From Phallusia mammillata (Eukaryota), in the NCBI GenBank assembly GCA_965637545.1, contig OZ281494.1:16058001-16122000 (forward strand): 64,000 nt of DNA, read 5' to 3'. The notes beneath the pieces are model-generated. The model was not told where the DNA came from. It was given only the letters and a program-made list of their open reading frames with translations, and did no database searches. Of the stretch, positions 13,264 through 26,367 are shown piece by piece. Every line of letters starts with the position of its first letter. Positions within the stretch are counted from its first letter, which is position 1. The position numbers and the translations under genes were made by a program.

Positions 13264-15435
13264 GGCTACAAGTTTAAAAATATATGTACAAATGAATTTC
13301 CCACATATTTATAAGTTGCACTGCTGGAAATTAGCACCAAAAGGTCGCTAAAACTGGCACTTTTAAACCGCGCAAATTTGGTCACCTTTTCATATCCGAC
13401 AGAAGACAACTGTGCCGCATTTTCACTTCGCACTGAGATTTTGAAAGCTTTAATGTTTTTATTCATTTTTAAACGTTTTAGTTGCAAGTGAGATCTTTAA
13501 ATCCGGTCAAACGTTGACATAACGTTATGAGGCGATAGTCTTTGACTTGACTGCTCTCACCTCGGTGTGTCATCGTAAAAGATATCCCTTAGTAAGTCAG
13601 AAACTGTTTTTTAAGCTGCTGTAAGATACAATCACTTTTGACAAAAAACGAGAATGCCGTAATTCCGTTTTTTTTAAGCAGAGTAACCGATAGCTTTAAC
13701 CTGGACTTCGCTAACTTAATTTACTTTACTACATTATGTACGCAGGCTCGTGATGCGATTGAAGTGACAAATTTAATTTGTATACCTAACACCTGCTTTG
13801 ACACACAATCATCCAAGACCTGCCGCTTCTTCGAGAAAGTAACCAAGTCTGTCTGACCTGCTGAACCTGATGGTGACAATGGTGCAAACCAGAAATGTCA
13901 AAGATTTGTGAATATTTCTTGTCACATTTGACAATGCTTCCTGAAATTTCAGTTAAAGAAACTCTGTGCATAATTAAGTATGTGCAACCGCAGTCTATTC
14001 GACAGACAATTTTATTGATTTAGTGTCCGCTGTTATGAAAAATTCCTATCGCTAATATTACAAACTTTCAAATTTAAAAATGTTTCCGAGAAACAAGACT
14101 TAAAACATTCCTATCACGGAAAATCAATCAACAAACTTTCAAATCCCATTACTGAGAAATTTAGGTATGGTTCGAGTTCTGCACTTTAACAGCAAAATAA
14201 GTCCAGGACCACTCAATCTTCAGGATTTGTAACCCGTTCACATTTTTTCCACCGATCTTGCGTTCTGCCAAACCAAGCGCGACGAATTAAATTTACGTCA
14301 TGCAGCAGGTGCCTTCGCCTCGCTTAGCTTGGAGACAATCGTAGCGCACTCAAGGCCACGTGGCAAGCACGGGTCCCGTAAATGATAATGTTACCGAAAT
14401 CGAGTTTGTGTTTTTCACATCTAGTTAACCCAATGTTTTCCAACGCGTTTAGTTGAGGCACACTTTGCGGACTAGAAACACAAAACAGATCCTAACATTG
14501 TTAATTTTCATTCACAGTATGAACCAATGTGTTTTCTGGGAGAAATGAGACATCGGCGTGTAACTTAAATACTTCAAAAAGATTATTTCAAACACATATT
14601 AGCCTTTCACTTTGACCGTATCTTAAACAATTGGTTGAAACTATTTCTAACACAGGATCTCAATATCTTTCTTCCTAGGCCCGTGCTGCGAAAATTCGTG
14701 TTTTTGCGTTTGTTTTTGTAGTTTTGTACAGAGAACGAAATGGAAATTGGTTATATTATTATACAATTGTTTCTGCAATACTTTTATTGTCATCAGTCAA
14801 ATTATCCACTCTATTGTTTTCTTAAAACTTGTCAGAAAACAATAACATACGACATTTATTCAATTAAGGGGCATACCTTATTCACAAGACGCCATTGAAT
14901 TTGAATTTTATTTGCATACAGACGTAACCACAATAAAAAAGTATGAAGTTGATGTTGCCATATACTACACAATTTTCCTACGGGAAAAATTCAAGCAATT
15001 CTCGTTCAGTTCCGTTTCCCAAAATGTTTTGTAACACCAGCGCGATTTACATCACCGACCGAGCACAATTACCAGGTCGAGAGGGTCAATATCCGATTAC
15101 CGGCAAAACACCAAACACGTGGGGCAACACAATCGTGTCACTGATGGAGTAGTTAGCTGTCTGCGTCCCTGATAGGGTGGTCCAATCGTAGTAAAGCCCA
15201 GTCATGTTTTTTTTCCGGTATTACAGTTGAACTTTTGTCGTCGATAGTGCTGTCAAAAAATTTCGATGGTTTTTGGCTGTTAAGACGAATTATAAAATTA
15301 CACATGCAACAGTCTTAAAGGCAAATGTAGACTTAAAAGTGTTCTATATGCTCCTTAACTCTAAAAGTTTTTTCAGCAAAAATATCATATATGTTTAGTT
15401 GCATTAAGGTTTTTTTAAAGTTGCATTCATTAGGC

Positions 15436-15864
15436 CAGTGCTCTTCAACATTTTTTGGTTTGGTGAACCCTTAAAGTTGTTGTGACGAACTCATGCACCC
15501 TGTTTACTTAAAAGGTAACTGAGATAAAAAGCGATATGAAAAATCGTTATGCATATCATCTTGTCAGTTAAGTCCAAGCGTATGTTCGCAAATTTTCTAT
15601 GAAACATCGGCGAAAAAAACAACACTCGATATCCTAACATCACCCGAATGTAACACAGACACTATCAAACCAGGCACGGGGATAAACCATTGAAAAAGTT
15701 TACCTGGGTTATACATAAGTTGAAACCTACATTTTTTTCTAATATCTTGAAAGTCAAATAATAATGGTTCATTAAAAGTTTGTGATGCACCCTTTTGTAC
15801 CTTTTCGTACTGGTGCACCCCATGCATATTTTGGTGCACCGTGCACACCGGTTGAAGAGCACTG
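15436..15864. mobile_element. hAT (Charlie-like) MITE
   Basis: 14-bp TIR CAGTGCTCTTCAAC; perfect 8-bp TSD cattaggc. Confidence 0.9.
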
Positions 15865-16469
15865 CATTAGGCTTCTCTAATTTTCACTAAGCCAAGTGAA
15901 ACGCATTTTACTGCTGACGTTTCCTCAATTGCTGTTATCATCAGTGCGAAGTGATAAGACATCAATAAGGCTTTATTTTATGTACTGCTGAGTTTGTCTA
16001 TTTGCTTGCGGAACAAACATTTTTTTCGCATGTATTGAGCATGTTGTCCTACGTTTTTTGTTTAACACCATTTTTAAAATCACGGACTGATTGGTGACAA
16101 TCCTAGTCGCAATTCCAACAATATACCAACCTTGGGATGTGTTATGAGAAACATACAATGTAATGAGGCAGATGTTATTTACAGACCGTCTGCTTAAATG
16201 ATTTAAGTAAACGTATTTGGGCTCATTTCACGTCGCTTACTTCACATAGAATGTCATGTTTCTATGTAAAAAAGTTGCAAACACGGTTATACTTTTACAA
16301 ATATACACATGTTATATACTGTGGAATACAAATGACTCAATGACAAAGCCTACCATTATACGAGTTTTTTGTACTTGCTTTCAGGTATAGGGAAAATATT
16401 TAGTGTCGTAATTGTTTTGAAATTCAATATAAGTAAAAATTGCGCCCAGAAAAGTCACTTGAGTGTTAA

Positions 16470-18453
16470 CTAGCCAAGCGAGCAAACAACACAACGGATC
16501 TCCCAACCAAAAACGTAAGGTTCACAAGGTACACTATAACCACATGTGTTTTCCACAACAAATAAATAAGCTCCATGTTGACTTCCTTTGGTTCCCGGAA
16601 CCACTTGTGGTGTGTCGTCCACACAAAGATGAATGGACGAATGTTTGGTCGTGTCGTGTGAGCCAGTCATAATGTATCCTGTGTATTCGATCGTCCAACC
16701 TTCGGGACATGTTTCACGGCTTGGAATCATAAGCTGAAAATTTTATAAAAATAATCATTACCGTTGCTTTGTTCCTACACTTAAGTCACGAAACATTAAT
16801 AATCCAGTCTAATAAGAATCCGCTTTGGAGGTCACGTCACGATATACATTAACCCTAATAGCACGTTACCTGTGTTGGACTTTGAACCAAGCAAATAGCG
16901 CATGGAACACCTTGATACTGAAGTGCTTGCTCCTCGATAAAAGACAAATCGAACAAAGGGTATTTACTTGGTCCATCTCGATACTCGGCTCCGTAAATAT
17001 AAGAAGGCCCTGTATGTGATGCACGGTGTTGTTATGTTATTTTTGGGAACCAATAAATGCTTTAGAGTATAAAATAAATAAATATTTACTGACCCTGTCC
17101 GCCATCCACATAATGACCTTCGGTATACGTCACGTTATGATGTAAACACAAAAAGTCCGATCCACCTCCAACATGGGAGTAATGCGAGCCCGCAGCATAA
17201 CCTATAGCCGAAAGGTACATTGAGCCTGAACCAAAATACAAATTAGTTACTTACCGTGGTACACCATGCTTGTTCCAGTCTTGATTGGGCAGTCACTTCT
17301 TCCCCACCGTATGTAAGTAGTACCTAATTTGACTTGTGTTACATTTACAATACATAGGATTTCGCACATTACTGAACTTTCCTAGCTATCTGCAGTATGC
17401 AATCAACTGGATTTTCTAATGTTTGCAGAAAGATTTGAAAAAAACACTGGTATAAAGCGCCTTTTGGGCATTGGGTTTGATAATTTCGATCAGTGAAAAG
17501 AAAATATATATAAATAGAAAATAATTATAAATTCGATCACGGCAGCGTTTGTGCAAACACTGAAGTGGTTTTCAAATTTTATTTTTGCCCTATGGAACTT
17601 TCTCAAGTATGCTTAAGCCCTACGTTGGACCCAAGTTCTTTTTAACATTTGTTGATGGACACAACCCACATATCCGGTTTTCGTTCCAATTACCAGCAAC
17701 GCAGAATCAAACTAAGTTGAAAACTGAATATTTATCATAAAAAACACTTAATTCAGTGAAATTTGCCCCCATCGCTGCTTATATGGGTCATAAATACCCA
17801 ATAAAAGGAATACATTTGACAAACTTAAGTTTGATGCTGAATCCTTTTCGTTTTTTAGAAGGCATTAAAGAATCATGGATTCAGAGTTACACTAAGTTAG
17901 CACCTACATTTTTGACGTCCTTGATTAAAGATTTATGTAACTTTTTTCTTGTAAGTTGTATTGAGATATGTGTTTGCTGCCATCATATTATGTTTTGCTT
18001 ATTCCTTTTGATAGTTTAAGAATAAAGTAATAACTATGTTGTTTACCTGTTCCGTAAGTTGTTATCACTGGAGAATCTTCTTCCTAAAAGAAAAGCGAGA
18101 AGCATACAATTACAGTAAAAGTTTATGTGATGCACTTTTTCTACTTACCAATGATCTTTTATGAACAATGTGTTGCAAGTGTTGCCAGTTTTGACCTTGA
18201 ACTTTCTTGACTCCAGATTCTTTTTCTGCCAAGTTTTCTAAACTGCAAATTTGCAATTGCACATTAGGAAAGTGAGTCCCAAGGAGCATATGAGTTTAAA
18301 TTATTATTTTTTAACTAACCGTTTTAGGTACATTGTAACCTGATGGACAACATTTCCAACGCAAAATAATGTCACCAAAAGCAAAAATGTTCCAAAAATC
18401 GGTGGTTTGTTTGAAATCTTACGAACAGAATTTCTGTAGCTTTGCAGTCGCAT
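16470..18453 (-). CDS. A1: type II membrane protein with spongin/short-chain collagen C4-type C-terminal domain, intact, 7 exons, 281 aa
   Basis: Exons 18453-18320, 18242-18149, 18083-18047, 17323-17255, 17201-17094, 17009-16870, 16733-16470 splice in frame (846 nt): MRLQSYRNSVRKISNKPP-IFGTFLLLVTLFCVGNVV(TM)..HIVHKRSLEEDSP..GTTYIRWGRSDCP..GYAAGSHYSHVGGGSDFLCL..YIYGAEY..VPCAICL..LMIPSRETCPEGWTIEYTGYIM..LCVDDTP..VENTCGYSVPCEPY..EIRCVVCSLG. These are the characteristic motifs of the spongin short-chain-collagen domain. Confidence 0.85.
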
Positions 18454-19309
18454 CTTTCTGATCAAGGCACTCAACGGAATGAAATACAACTTGTGATCAA
18501 ACTGGCATGTGAAGTCTCAGATTTGTAATTAATGTTAGTTTGCTATCACGATTTCATTATGACAATCTATCACATGACAAAATATCGATTAAAAAGTCAT
18601 GTTGGAATTTCTATTAAAGTGTAACCTGCATTTGTAAAGTAAAACTCATACCTAAAGTAATATATATGAAAATGGCAGTTTGCTTGTTTGGGGATAGAAG
18701 CTGGTGGTAACTTTGTTAAATTTTTTTCCATAGGTTTTTGTGTTGTTCAGATTTTTTCTTTCTTTTTACAATTTTACTTTAAGACATTGCGGAGAATTTC
18801 CACGACGTCATTTGCACTGCAAGCGGAGTCCAAGAAAAAGAAAATAGCAGGAAACGACACGGAGTAATTTTCGTTCAGTCTGCTAATGTGCTCAATGGTG
18901 TTAATTAAAAATCTGTTCGCTAAGAAAAGTTTTCTTACTCTTTTTCTGACTTACATTTTAAGCAAACAAACAAAACTTTCACAAAACATATAAGCGAACT
19001 CCAATAAAAGTAGGAGACTCGGGTTACGCCTAAAATGCTAGTTTCTTTCAAAACTTTGCTTGTTGAAAACAATAAACATAATTCTAATGATAAACTAAAA
19101 TAGACCAACACTGACCAGTGCATTAACCATGTTTAAATTTGCCATCAAGTGAAAAGCATTGGTGTTTTTGTTGTTTAACATTACGATAAATCTACATGAA
19201 GAAAGTATTCGTATAAAGTGAAGGTATAAAACATGGCATATGCAAAAATTTCAACACGAGTATTAGACCCTGCTGATAAGGTAAATGCTTGTTCATAAAA
19301 ATTGGTAAT

Positions 19310-19510
19310 AAAAGATGTTGGAGAAGTGTCCGCACAATCACGACATGAACATGTGTGATGTACCACAGTAAGTGGCTGATTTCCGTCTTAGTTGAGGCTG
19401 TTAGATCTAAAATATCACGATCGTTTTTGCTCATGTTGAAGGTGGATCCGAATGTTTGTGCTTACATCATAACGTGACGTACACCAAAGGTCAAATTATA
19501 TGGGCGGCAC
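19310..19510 (+). pseudogene. Inverted degenerate family-A fragment (exon 4 and exon 5 homologs)
   Basis: Aligns to A exons 4 and 5 (RCWRSVRTITT*TCVMYH|gtaag; ..GGSECLCLHHNVTYTKG) with an in-frame TGA; opposite orientation to A1. Confidence 0.7.
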
Positions 19511-20113
19511 TTAGGGTCAATATATACTTCATTAATTTGTCAGTACTTTTGTTTGATTTGTTTTCTATTAAACTTACATATCACGCACACCATTTCTAGG
19601 CCCACTTTCAATACATTTTATATTCTGCATTCGTGGGGAATAACGATTCATGTGTGTCTGCAAATTTTTATGTGCATTAAGTTGTGTTTGTGTACATTAA
19701 CCTACTGTTAAGTATAAAGATATTGCAGAAAGTAAAAAAAAGCCTGAGCTTGCTGATTTGATATGATGAGATCAAGTCCGAGTTTAATGGGAGACAAGCT
19801 CACACGCAATGCAGCATTTATGTGTCAGTGTTAAGACTGTTTCGTGTCTTCGATTTCGTTATAGTTAACAATACAAGTACTGTTGTGACGTGCCACTTGC
19901 AGTTTGTTTGTGTAATAAAGCTTTATTTCACATGAAATCTTATGCGGCTTTCATAGGAACTAATGTCATATTTTAAAGAAATATAGTTAAACTTGAAAGT
20001 ACGTTCTCACGAACTGTGTAACGTTTTTAACTTCTATATTAGTATAGTAATAGTTTGAAAAGCTTCGCGGCCCACCAGAAAGCACATCTTCGGGGCCCAC
20101 CGGTTGAAAAGTG

Positions 20114-20240
20114 CTGCCTTAAACCATATCGTGGCACTAATAAAATTCAGCAACAGATGCAATACATTGGCCCCAAAATATGGAAAAGTATTACACAAGA
20201 ACATACCAATACACATTCTTTAAGGCAATTTTTAACAATT
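20114..20240 (+). mobile_element. 3' fragment of CR1/L2-like LINE ORF2
   Basis: Peptide KPYRGTNKIQQQMQYIGPKIWKSIT..SLRQF resembles the T..S..Y.GP.LWN.LP...S...F tail of CR1/L2 ORF2. Confidence 0.5.
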
Positions 20241-21486
20241 ACAACTTCTTTTTTGTGTACATGATGTGATAGCAACAAAAAACTGGAATGTGGCCTTCTG
20301 GTTCTTAGCGAAGCGCTATTTTCAGTTTTCTGGTATGCCTCCACTCCACAAGGTTTCACTTATCAACGCATATTTGATAAACACATAATTTTTGGCCAAT
20401 TGCGGAATGTAACCTAGTATTTTTGTTACTAAAGTTGTCGACGTACCACAGATTTCACATTTGTCGTTTGTTTGTTTTTCATAAGACTGATGTCGCCTCT
20501 TAAAACGTTAAGGTTACGCCGCCTTGTGTATTTACGTTGCACTGCATGACTTAGTGCACTATTATAACACTTGAATATCACCCAGGAGTTTGCTGTGTTT
20601 TGTCACTTGTAATCTACACACCTACAATGTTTTTTTTTTAATGTAATAAAGCCTTGGGCTCTTGGTTCGATACTAAATAATTTTGGATATTGAACATATT
20701 GTGAAACTGGCCACATGATGCTGTTTCTGTTTCTTGTTACAAGGATATCTTATCCTTAACGCGTCTGTTGAACAACCCTCAGTGACTTCACGTGCTGGCA
20801 ATTGACTTCTATCCTGTGCTTTGTCCTTTTTTTTGTTTATTTATGTTCGTTGTTTTTTTCAGTTATGTGGTGAATTTGTGTTCCGTAATCTGCGAGGATT
20901 GTGCTAGATTTATTGCATCTACAAAAATCTACTTTCTACAGTATAAAGAAATCTTCTTATTTTTTTTACAACTGACAAAATATCAAACTTATTTGAATGG
21001 TCTTACTTTTGATCAATTTCGTAACCAGGCTGAGGCAGTTTCTTGTATCAGTCATAATATATCTGTGGGTTGTTTTTTTGTTTTTTGCCTTTTTTGAATT
21101 CCGCGTACTGATTGGTGGCAATTGTCGTTGCAAAAGAAACGCAACGCCAGCCTTGGGAAGTTATAACAGCAGCTTGTAAATTTAATAAAACAAATAAACA
21201 GGACTGGACTTTCGGCCTAAATAATAAAAGTAACGATGTGAGTTTGTTTTACGTTTGTTGGCTTCACATGGAATGTCGTGTTTCAGTATTTAAAATTTGA
21301 AAAATGCACTTTTACAAATATACACATGTTATATACTATGGAATACGAATGATTCAAAGACAAAACCTACATTTACATTCGTTACGTTTATGTTTGACTT
21401 GCCTTAAGTATCAGGAAAATGATAAGCATCTAACTGTTTTGAGACATAAGTAAAACTTGGCCCCAGAAAAGTCACTTGAGTATTAA

Positions 21487-23590
21487 CTAGCCAAGCGAGC
21501 AAACAACACAACGGATCTCCCAACCGTTAACATACGGTTCACAAGGAACACTATAACCGCATGAGTTTTCCACAACAAATAAATAAGCTCCATGTTGGCT
21601 TCCTTTGGTTCCTGGGACCACTTGTGGTGTGTCGTCCACACAAAGATGACTGGACGAATGCTTGGTTGTGTCGTAGGATCCAGTCATTATGTAGCCTGTG
21701 TATTCGATCGTCCAACCTTCGGGACACGTTTCGCGGCTTGGAATCATTAGCTGGAAAATTTAATGAAAAAATCATTACCGTTGCTTTGTTCGTGAACTGA
21801 AGTTGTGAAACATTAATAATAAAGTCTAATAAGAATTTGCTTTGGGGCTCACGTCAAGATGCTTGGATACATTAACTCTAATAGCACCCTACCTGCGTTG
21901 GACTTTGAACCAAGCAAATAGCACATGGAACACCTTGATATTGAAGCGCTTGCTCCTCGATGAAAGACAAATCGAACAAAGGGTATTTGCTCGGTCCGTC
22001 TCGATACTCAGCTCCGTAAATATAAGAAGGTCCTATTAGTGATCAGTGTCCTTAATGTTATACTTGGAAACCAACAAATGTTTTCGAAAACAAAATGGTG
22101 AAATATTCACTGACCCTGAGTGCCGTCCACATAGTGTCCTTCGGTATACGTCACGTTATAATGTAAGCACAAAAAGTCCGATCCACCTCCAACATGGGAA
22201 TAATACGATCCCGCAGCGTAACCTGGATAAATATATTTCAGTAGTACCATCCCCATCTAAGATGGAAGCCACTTACCGTGGTATACCATACTTGTCCCTG
22301 TCTTGGCTGGGCAGTCACTTCTTCCCCAACGTACGTAAGTCGTACCTAATTTGATTTGTAATTGGTTAGATTTGCAATGCTTGGATTTGGTACCTGACCG
22401 GACTTCCCTATTTATCTGCAGCATACGATCATTTGGATTCTAATATTATGTAAAATATTATCTATTGGTATGACGAATTTTAAACGTCTGGTGTAGGCAA
22501 CGGCTTTTTTGATTTCGATCAGAGAACATAAAATACATCTCATAAGAAAAACATGCTTTCGAGAGAAGCGTTTGTGCAAACGCTATAATACTAAAATGGC
22601 TCACAAACATTATACTTTCCCTTTGCAATTTTCTCAAAATGCTTAAGCCTTAAACCCTATACAATGGACAAATAAATAATTTAATGTTTGTTAAAATGCG
22701 TTGAATGTTTGGCACCATTAAACAATCTAGCAACAGAATCAAACTACCGTACATATTAATAAGCTTACACTCCTTTTTTTCAAAGTCATATATTATAAGC
22801 TGAGTACACATAAAACAAAACCTAATCACCAAAATTTTCCCCAACGCATTTCACAGTTAGAAATCGCTGCTTATGTGAGTCACAAAACAAACAGAACAAT
22901 AGAAAGGCTGAATTTGACAAATATTAACTTAGATCTTGAATTCCTTTTCATCTTTGTGAAGGCATCAAAGAAACAGAGATGCACTGCTGGTAACTACATA
23001 TTTCGACGTCAGTGAATATGGCATCGACACGACTTGATGTTTTGTTTTAACTTATAAGCATGCTTTATGCAATATTTTCTTTGTCAGTTGTATTGTATTG
23101 AGATATCTGTATGTCGCCATTATATTATGTTGTGCTTATTTCCCTTAATTGTTAAACTAAAAAAATATAATTGTATAGGTTACCTAACCCGCAAGTTGTT
23201 ATCACTGGCGAATCTTCTTCCTGTAAGAAAAGCGAGCAGCGTACAATTACAGTAAAAGTTTATGTGATGCACATTTTCTACTTACCAATGATCTTTTATG
23301 AACAATGTGTTGCAAGTGTTGCAAGTTTTGACCTTGAGTTTTCTTGATTCCAGATTCTTTTTCCGCCACCAGATTTTCCAATCTGCAAAAAGGCATTTGC
23401 ACATTAGGTTACTGAGTCTTAAGAAGCATATGAGTCAAAATTATTTATTAACTGACCGTTTTAGATAAATGGTAACTTGATGGACAACATTTCCAACGCA
23501 AAATAATGCCACCAAAAGCAGAAATGTTCCAAAAATCAATGGTTTGTTCGAAATCTTACGAACAGAATTTCTGTAGCTTTGCAGTCGCAT
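21487..23590 (-). CDS. A2: type II membrane spongin-domain protein, intact, 7 exons
   Basis: All seven exons are present with the same intron phases as A1, GT-AG sites and no stops (MRLQSYRNSVRKISNKPLIFGTFLLLVALFCV..VHKRSLEEDSP..TTYVRWGRSDCP..CVVCSLG*). Confidence 0.85.
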
Positions 23591-24577
23591 CTTTCTCATC
23601 AGGGCACTCAACAGAATGAAAAAAAACTTGTGATCGAACTGGCATGTGAAGTCTCAGATTTGTAGTTAATGTTAGTTTACTATCACGATTTCATTTTGAC
23701 AATCTATCACATGACAAAATATCGATTAAAAAGTCATGTTGGAATTTCCATTAAAGTGAAACCTGCATTTTTAAAGTAAAACTCTTACCTAAAGTAATAT
23801 ATATATAAATGGCAGTTTGCTTGTTTTGGGATATAATCTGGTGGTAACTTTGTTAATTTTTTTCCTTATGTCTTTGTGTTGTTCAGATTGTTTTCTTTCT
23901 TTTTACAACTTTACTTTAAGGCATTACGAAGAATTTCCACGACGTCATTTGCACTGGAAACGGAGTCCAAGAAAAAGAAAATAGCAGGAAACGACACAGA
24001 GTAATTTTCGTTCAGTCTGCCAATGTGCTGTGTGTTGTTAATTAAAATCTGTATGCTTAGAAAAGTTTTCTTATTTTTTTTCTGACTTACATTTTAACCA
24101 AACAAAATCTTTTACAAAACATATAAGAAAACTCCAATAAAAGTAGGAGACACTTTGGGTTACCCCTAAAATGCAAGTTTCTTTCAAAACTTTGCTTGTT
24201 GGAAACAATAAACATAATTCTAATGATGAACTAAAGTGGACCAACACTGAGCAGTGAATCAACCATGTTTAAATTTGCCACGAAGTGAAAATCATGTTTT
24301 TTTTACTTTCTACAATATCTTTATACTTCAGTAGGTTAAAGTACACAAACACAACTTAATGCTTATAAAATTGAATCGGTATTCCCCATGAATGTGGAGT
24401 ATAAAATGCATTAAAAGTGGGCCCAGAAAAGGTGTGCGTGATATGTAAGTTTAATAAAAACAAATAAAACATTTTTCAGGAAAATGATGCCACAAAAAGA
24501 AGCAAGATCAAAGAGAACTACTTTATATCTTTCCGGTTTTTATGTTTAAGTATTTACAAAATGATGAAATATCTACT

Positions 24578-25624
24578 GACCCTGTGCCGCCAATATAATT
24601 TGTCCTTTCATATACGTTACGTTTTGTTGTAAGCACAAAAAATCGGATCCACCTTCAACATGGGCAAGAAGCGATCCCGATCTTTTACATCTAACAGCCT
24701 TATCTAAGACAGAAATCAGCCAATTTACAGTGGTACATCACACATGTTCAAGTTGTGATTGTGCAGTCTCTTCTCCAACACATTTATTATCCATTTTTTT
24801 TATGATTAAGCATTTACCTTTTCAGCGGTGTCCAATACTTGTGTGGCAATTTTAGCATATACGATGTTTTCATATCCTCACTCTTTTTACATAGCATGCT
24901 TTCGTCATGTGAATTTATCGTAATTGAAACAACAAAAACTGCTTTTTATTTCATGTGGCAAATTTGGACACGGGTTTTGATAAAATTCCTAGAAAATAAT
25001 TATTCCATAGAAATAATTAAATCATTTCCTGAAAACATAATGCTTGGGTTGAGCCATGTTTTAACCTTATCATTTCTAACTGGCATTTTCAAAAATAATA
25101 TTAAAGAGGCTAACATTATTTCCGTCCATAAACGGGGTGATTGAAAGTTAGCATCCAACTATCGACCTATAAGCTTGCTCTCAAACCTTTCCAAAGTGGT
25201 AGACTGGCTAGTTTACAAAATGGTCTACTCATTTTTTAAATCTTTAAACTTCTTCTCCGACTGTCAATTTGTATTTCGAGAGCATCACTCAACAAGCCAT
25301 GTAACCACCAAATTTATATCTGAAGTGACTGAGAGTTTAAACTCAAAAAATCAAACATTGAATATATTCGAGCTTCCTTGTCTTTAGTTTCTTTTCCCCC
25401 ACCAAATTTTCTAAACTGAAAATTAGCAGTTGCACAAAAGGAGAGTTTATGATGCATATAGATACAAAATACAATTTTGCGTCCACTAACCGTTTCAAGC
25501 GAATAATTGCTTGATAGAAAAAAAATTCAACGCAAAATAATGCCACCAAAAGCGGAAATGTTCCGAAAATTAGTGGTTTGTTTGAAATCTTATCAACATA
25601 ATTTCTGTAACTTTGCAGTCGCAT
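24578..25624 (-). pseudogene. A-psi: degenerate fifth family-A gene (exon 1, part of exon 2, exons 4-5; LINE fragment inside; last two exons absent)
   Basis: Exon 1 MRLQSYRNYVDKISNKPLIFGTFPLLVALFCV..LKR|gttagt starts at 25624; exon 2 starts LENLVGEK and is then cut by RT sequence; decayed exon 4/5 homologs at about 24578-24790. Confidence 0.75.
25020..25345 (+). mobile_element. Degenerate CR1/L2-like LINE reverse-transcriptase fragment
   Basis: KEANIISVHKRGD*KLASNYRPISLLSNLSKVVDWLVY..CQFVFREHHST is the RT N-terminal NYRPISLL..K / QxGFR..ST motif, with an internal stop. Confidence 0.85.
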
Positions 25625-25959
25625 CTTTCTGATCAAGCACCTAATGGAGCAAAATAAAACTTGTGATCAAACTGGCACGTGTTACAGATTTGTAATTAAT
25701 ATTAGTTTGGTATCACCGTTTCATTATGGTAATCGATCATATAATAATATATCGATTATACATTCATACTGAAGTTTCCATTAAATAGAAACCATAAAGA
25801 AAAAGTACAATGTAAAGTATTTTAAACATATAAAATGGCATTTTGCTTGTTTAATGAATTTAAATTCTGGCGCGTCTTTGTCATTCTACTTTAACCAAAA
25901 TTGATTGTGTTACCTACATTTTCTGACCGTGATTTTCAGTTTAGCTATAATACACTACG

Positions 25960-26065
25960 TAGCAACTTCTATGACGTCTTTGAACTACCAACAGAGCCCA
26001 TGCAAAAATTAAAGAGAATGTCAGGAAACGACGCAGTGCTATTTTCGACCACTGCTAATCTACTG
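25960..26065. promoter_or_regulatory. Conserved segment between divergent A and B starts (homologs at about 18780-18900, 23920-24050, 34660-34770; reverse complement at about 31741-31830 and 43045-43130)
   Basis: Homologous block (gacgtc..caggaaacgac.cag..attttcg..ctgctaat) recurs upstream of A genes and upstream of B genes. The regulatory role is inferred only from position and retention. Confidence 0.4.
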
Positions 26066-26367
26066 TGCGTTGATTGAAAAACCAAGTATTCGATGGAGTT
26101 GGCAACCTTGTTTTGTCACCTCTATCGTCCACGTTTATCCCTTCTCATTGACTGCATCAGAGTTTCCGTTATTCAAACTTCATTTAAATTCTTACTACGT
26201 AAAGAAGCCTTGTGAACAAAGTAAAGACTTCAGATGCCCAAATACAGATTGATTGTCAGAATATCACCGCAAATGAAATAGACAGATAGATATGGCAAAT
26301 AAGAGAGGCATACTTTTATTCAATTGAGCTGACAAGTTTGTGGTTCATTTTCATTAAAGACATCAAG

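Noticed and set aside
15100-15240. HDWALLRLDHPI as a trypsin-like protease exon (minus strand)
   Set aside because: The frame stops a few codons later, and no His or Ser catalytic motifs were found nearby.
18149-18175. Canonical furin site in family A
   Set aside because: VHKR lacks the P4 Arg, so it is reported only as a dibasic convertase-type site.
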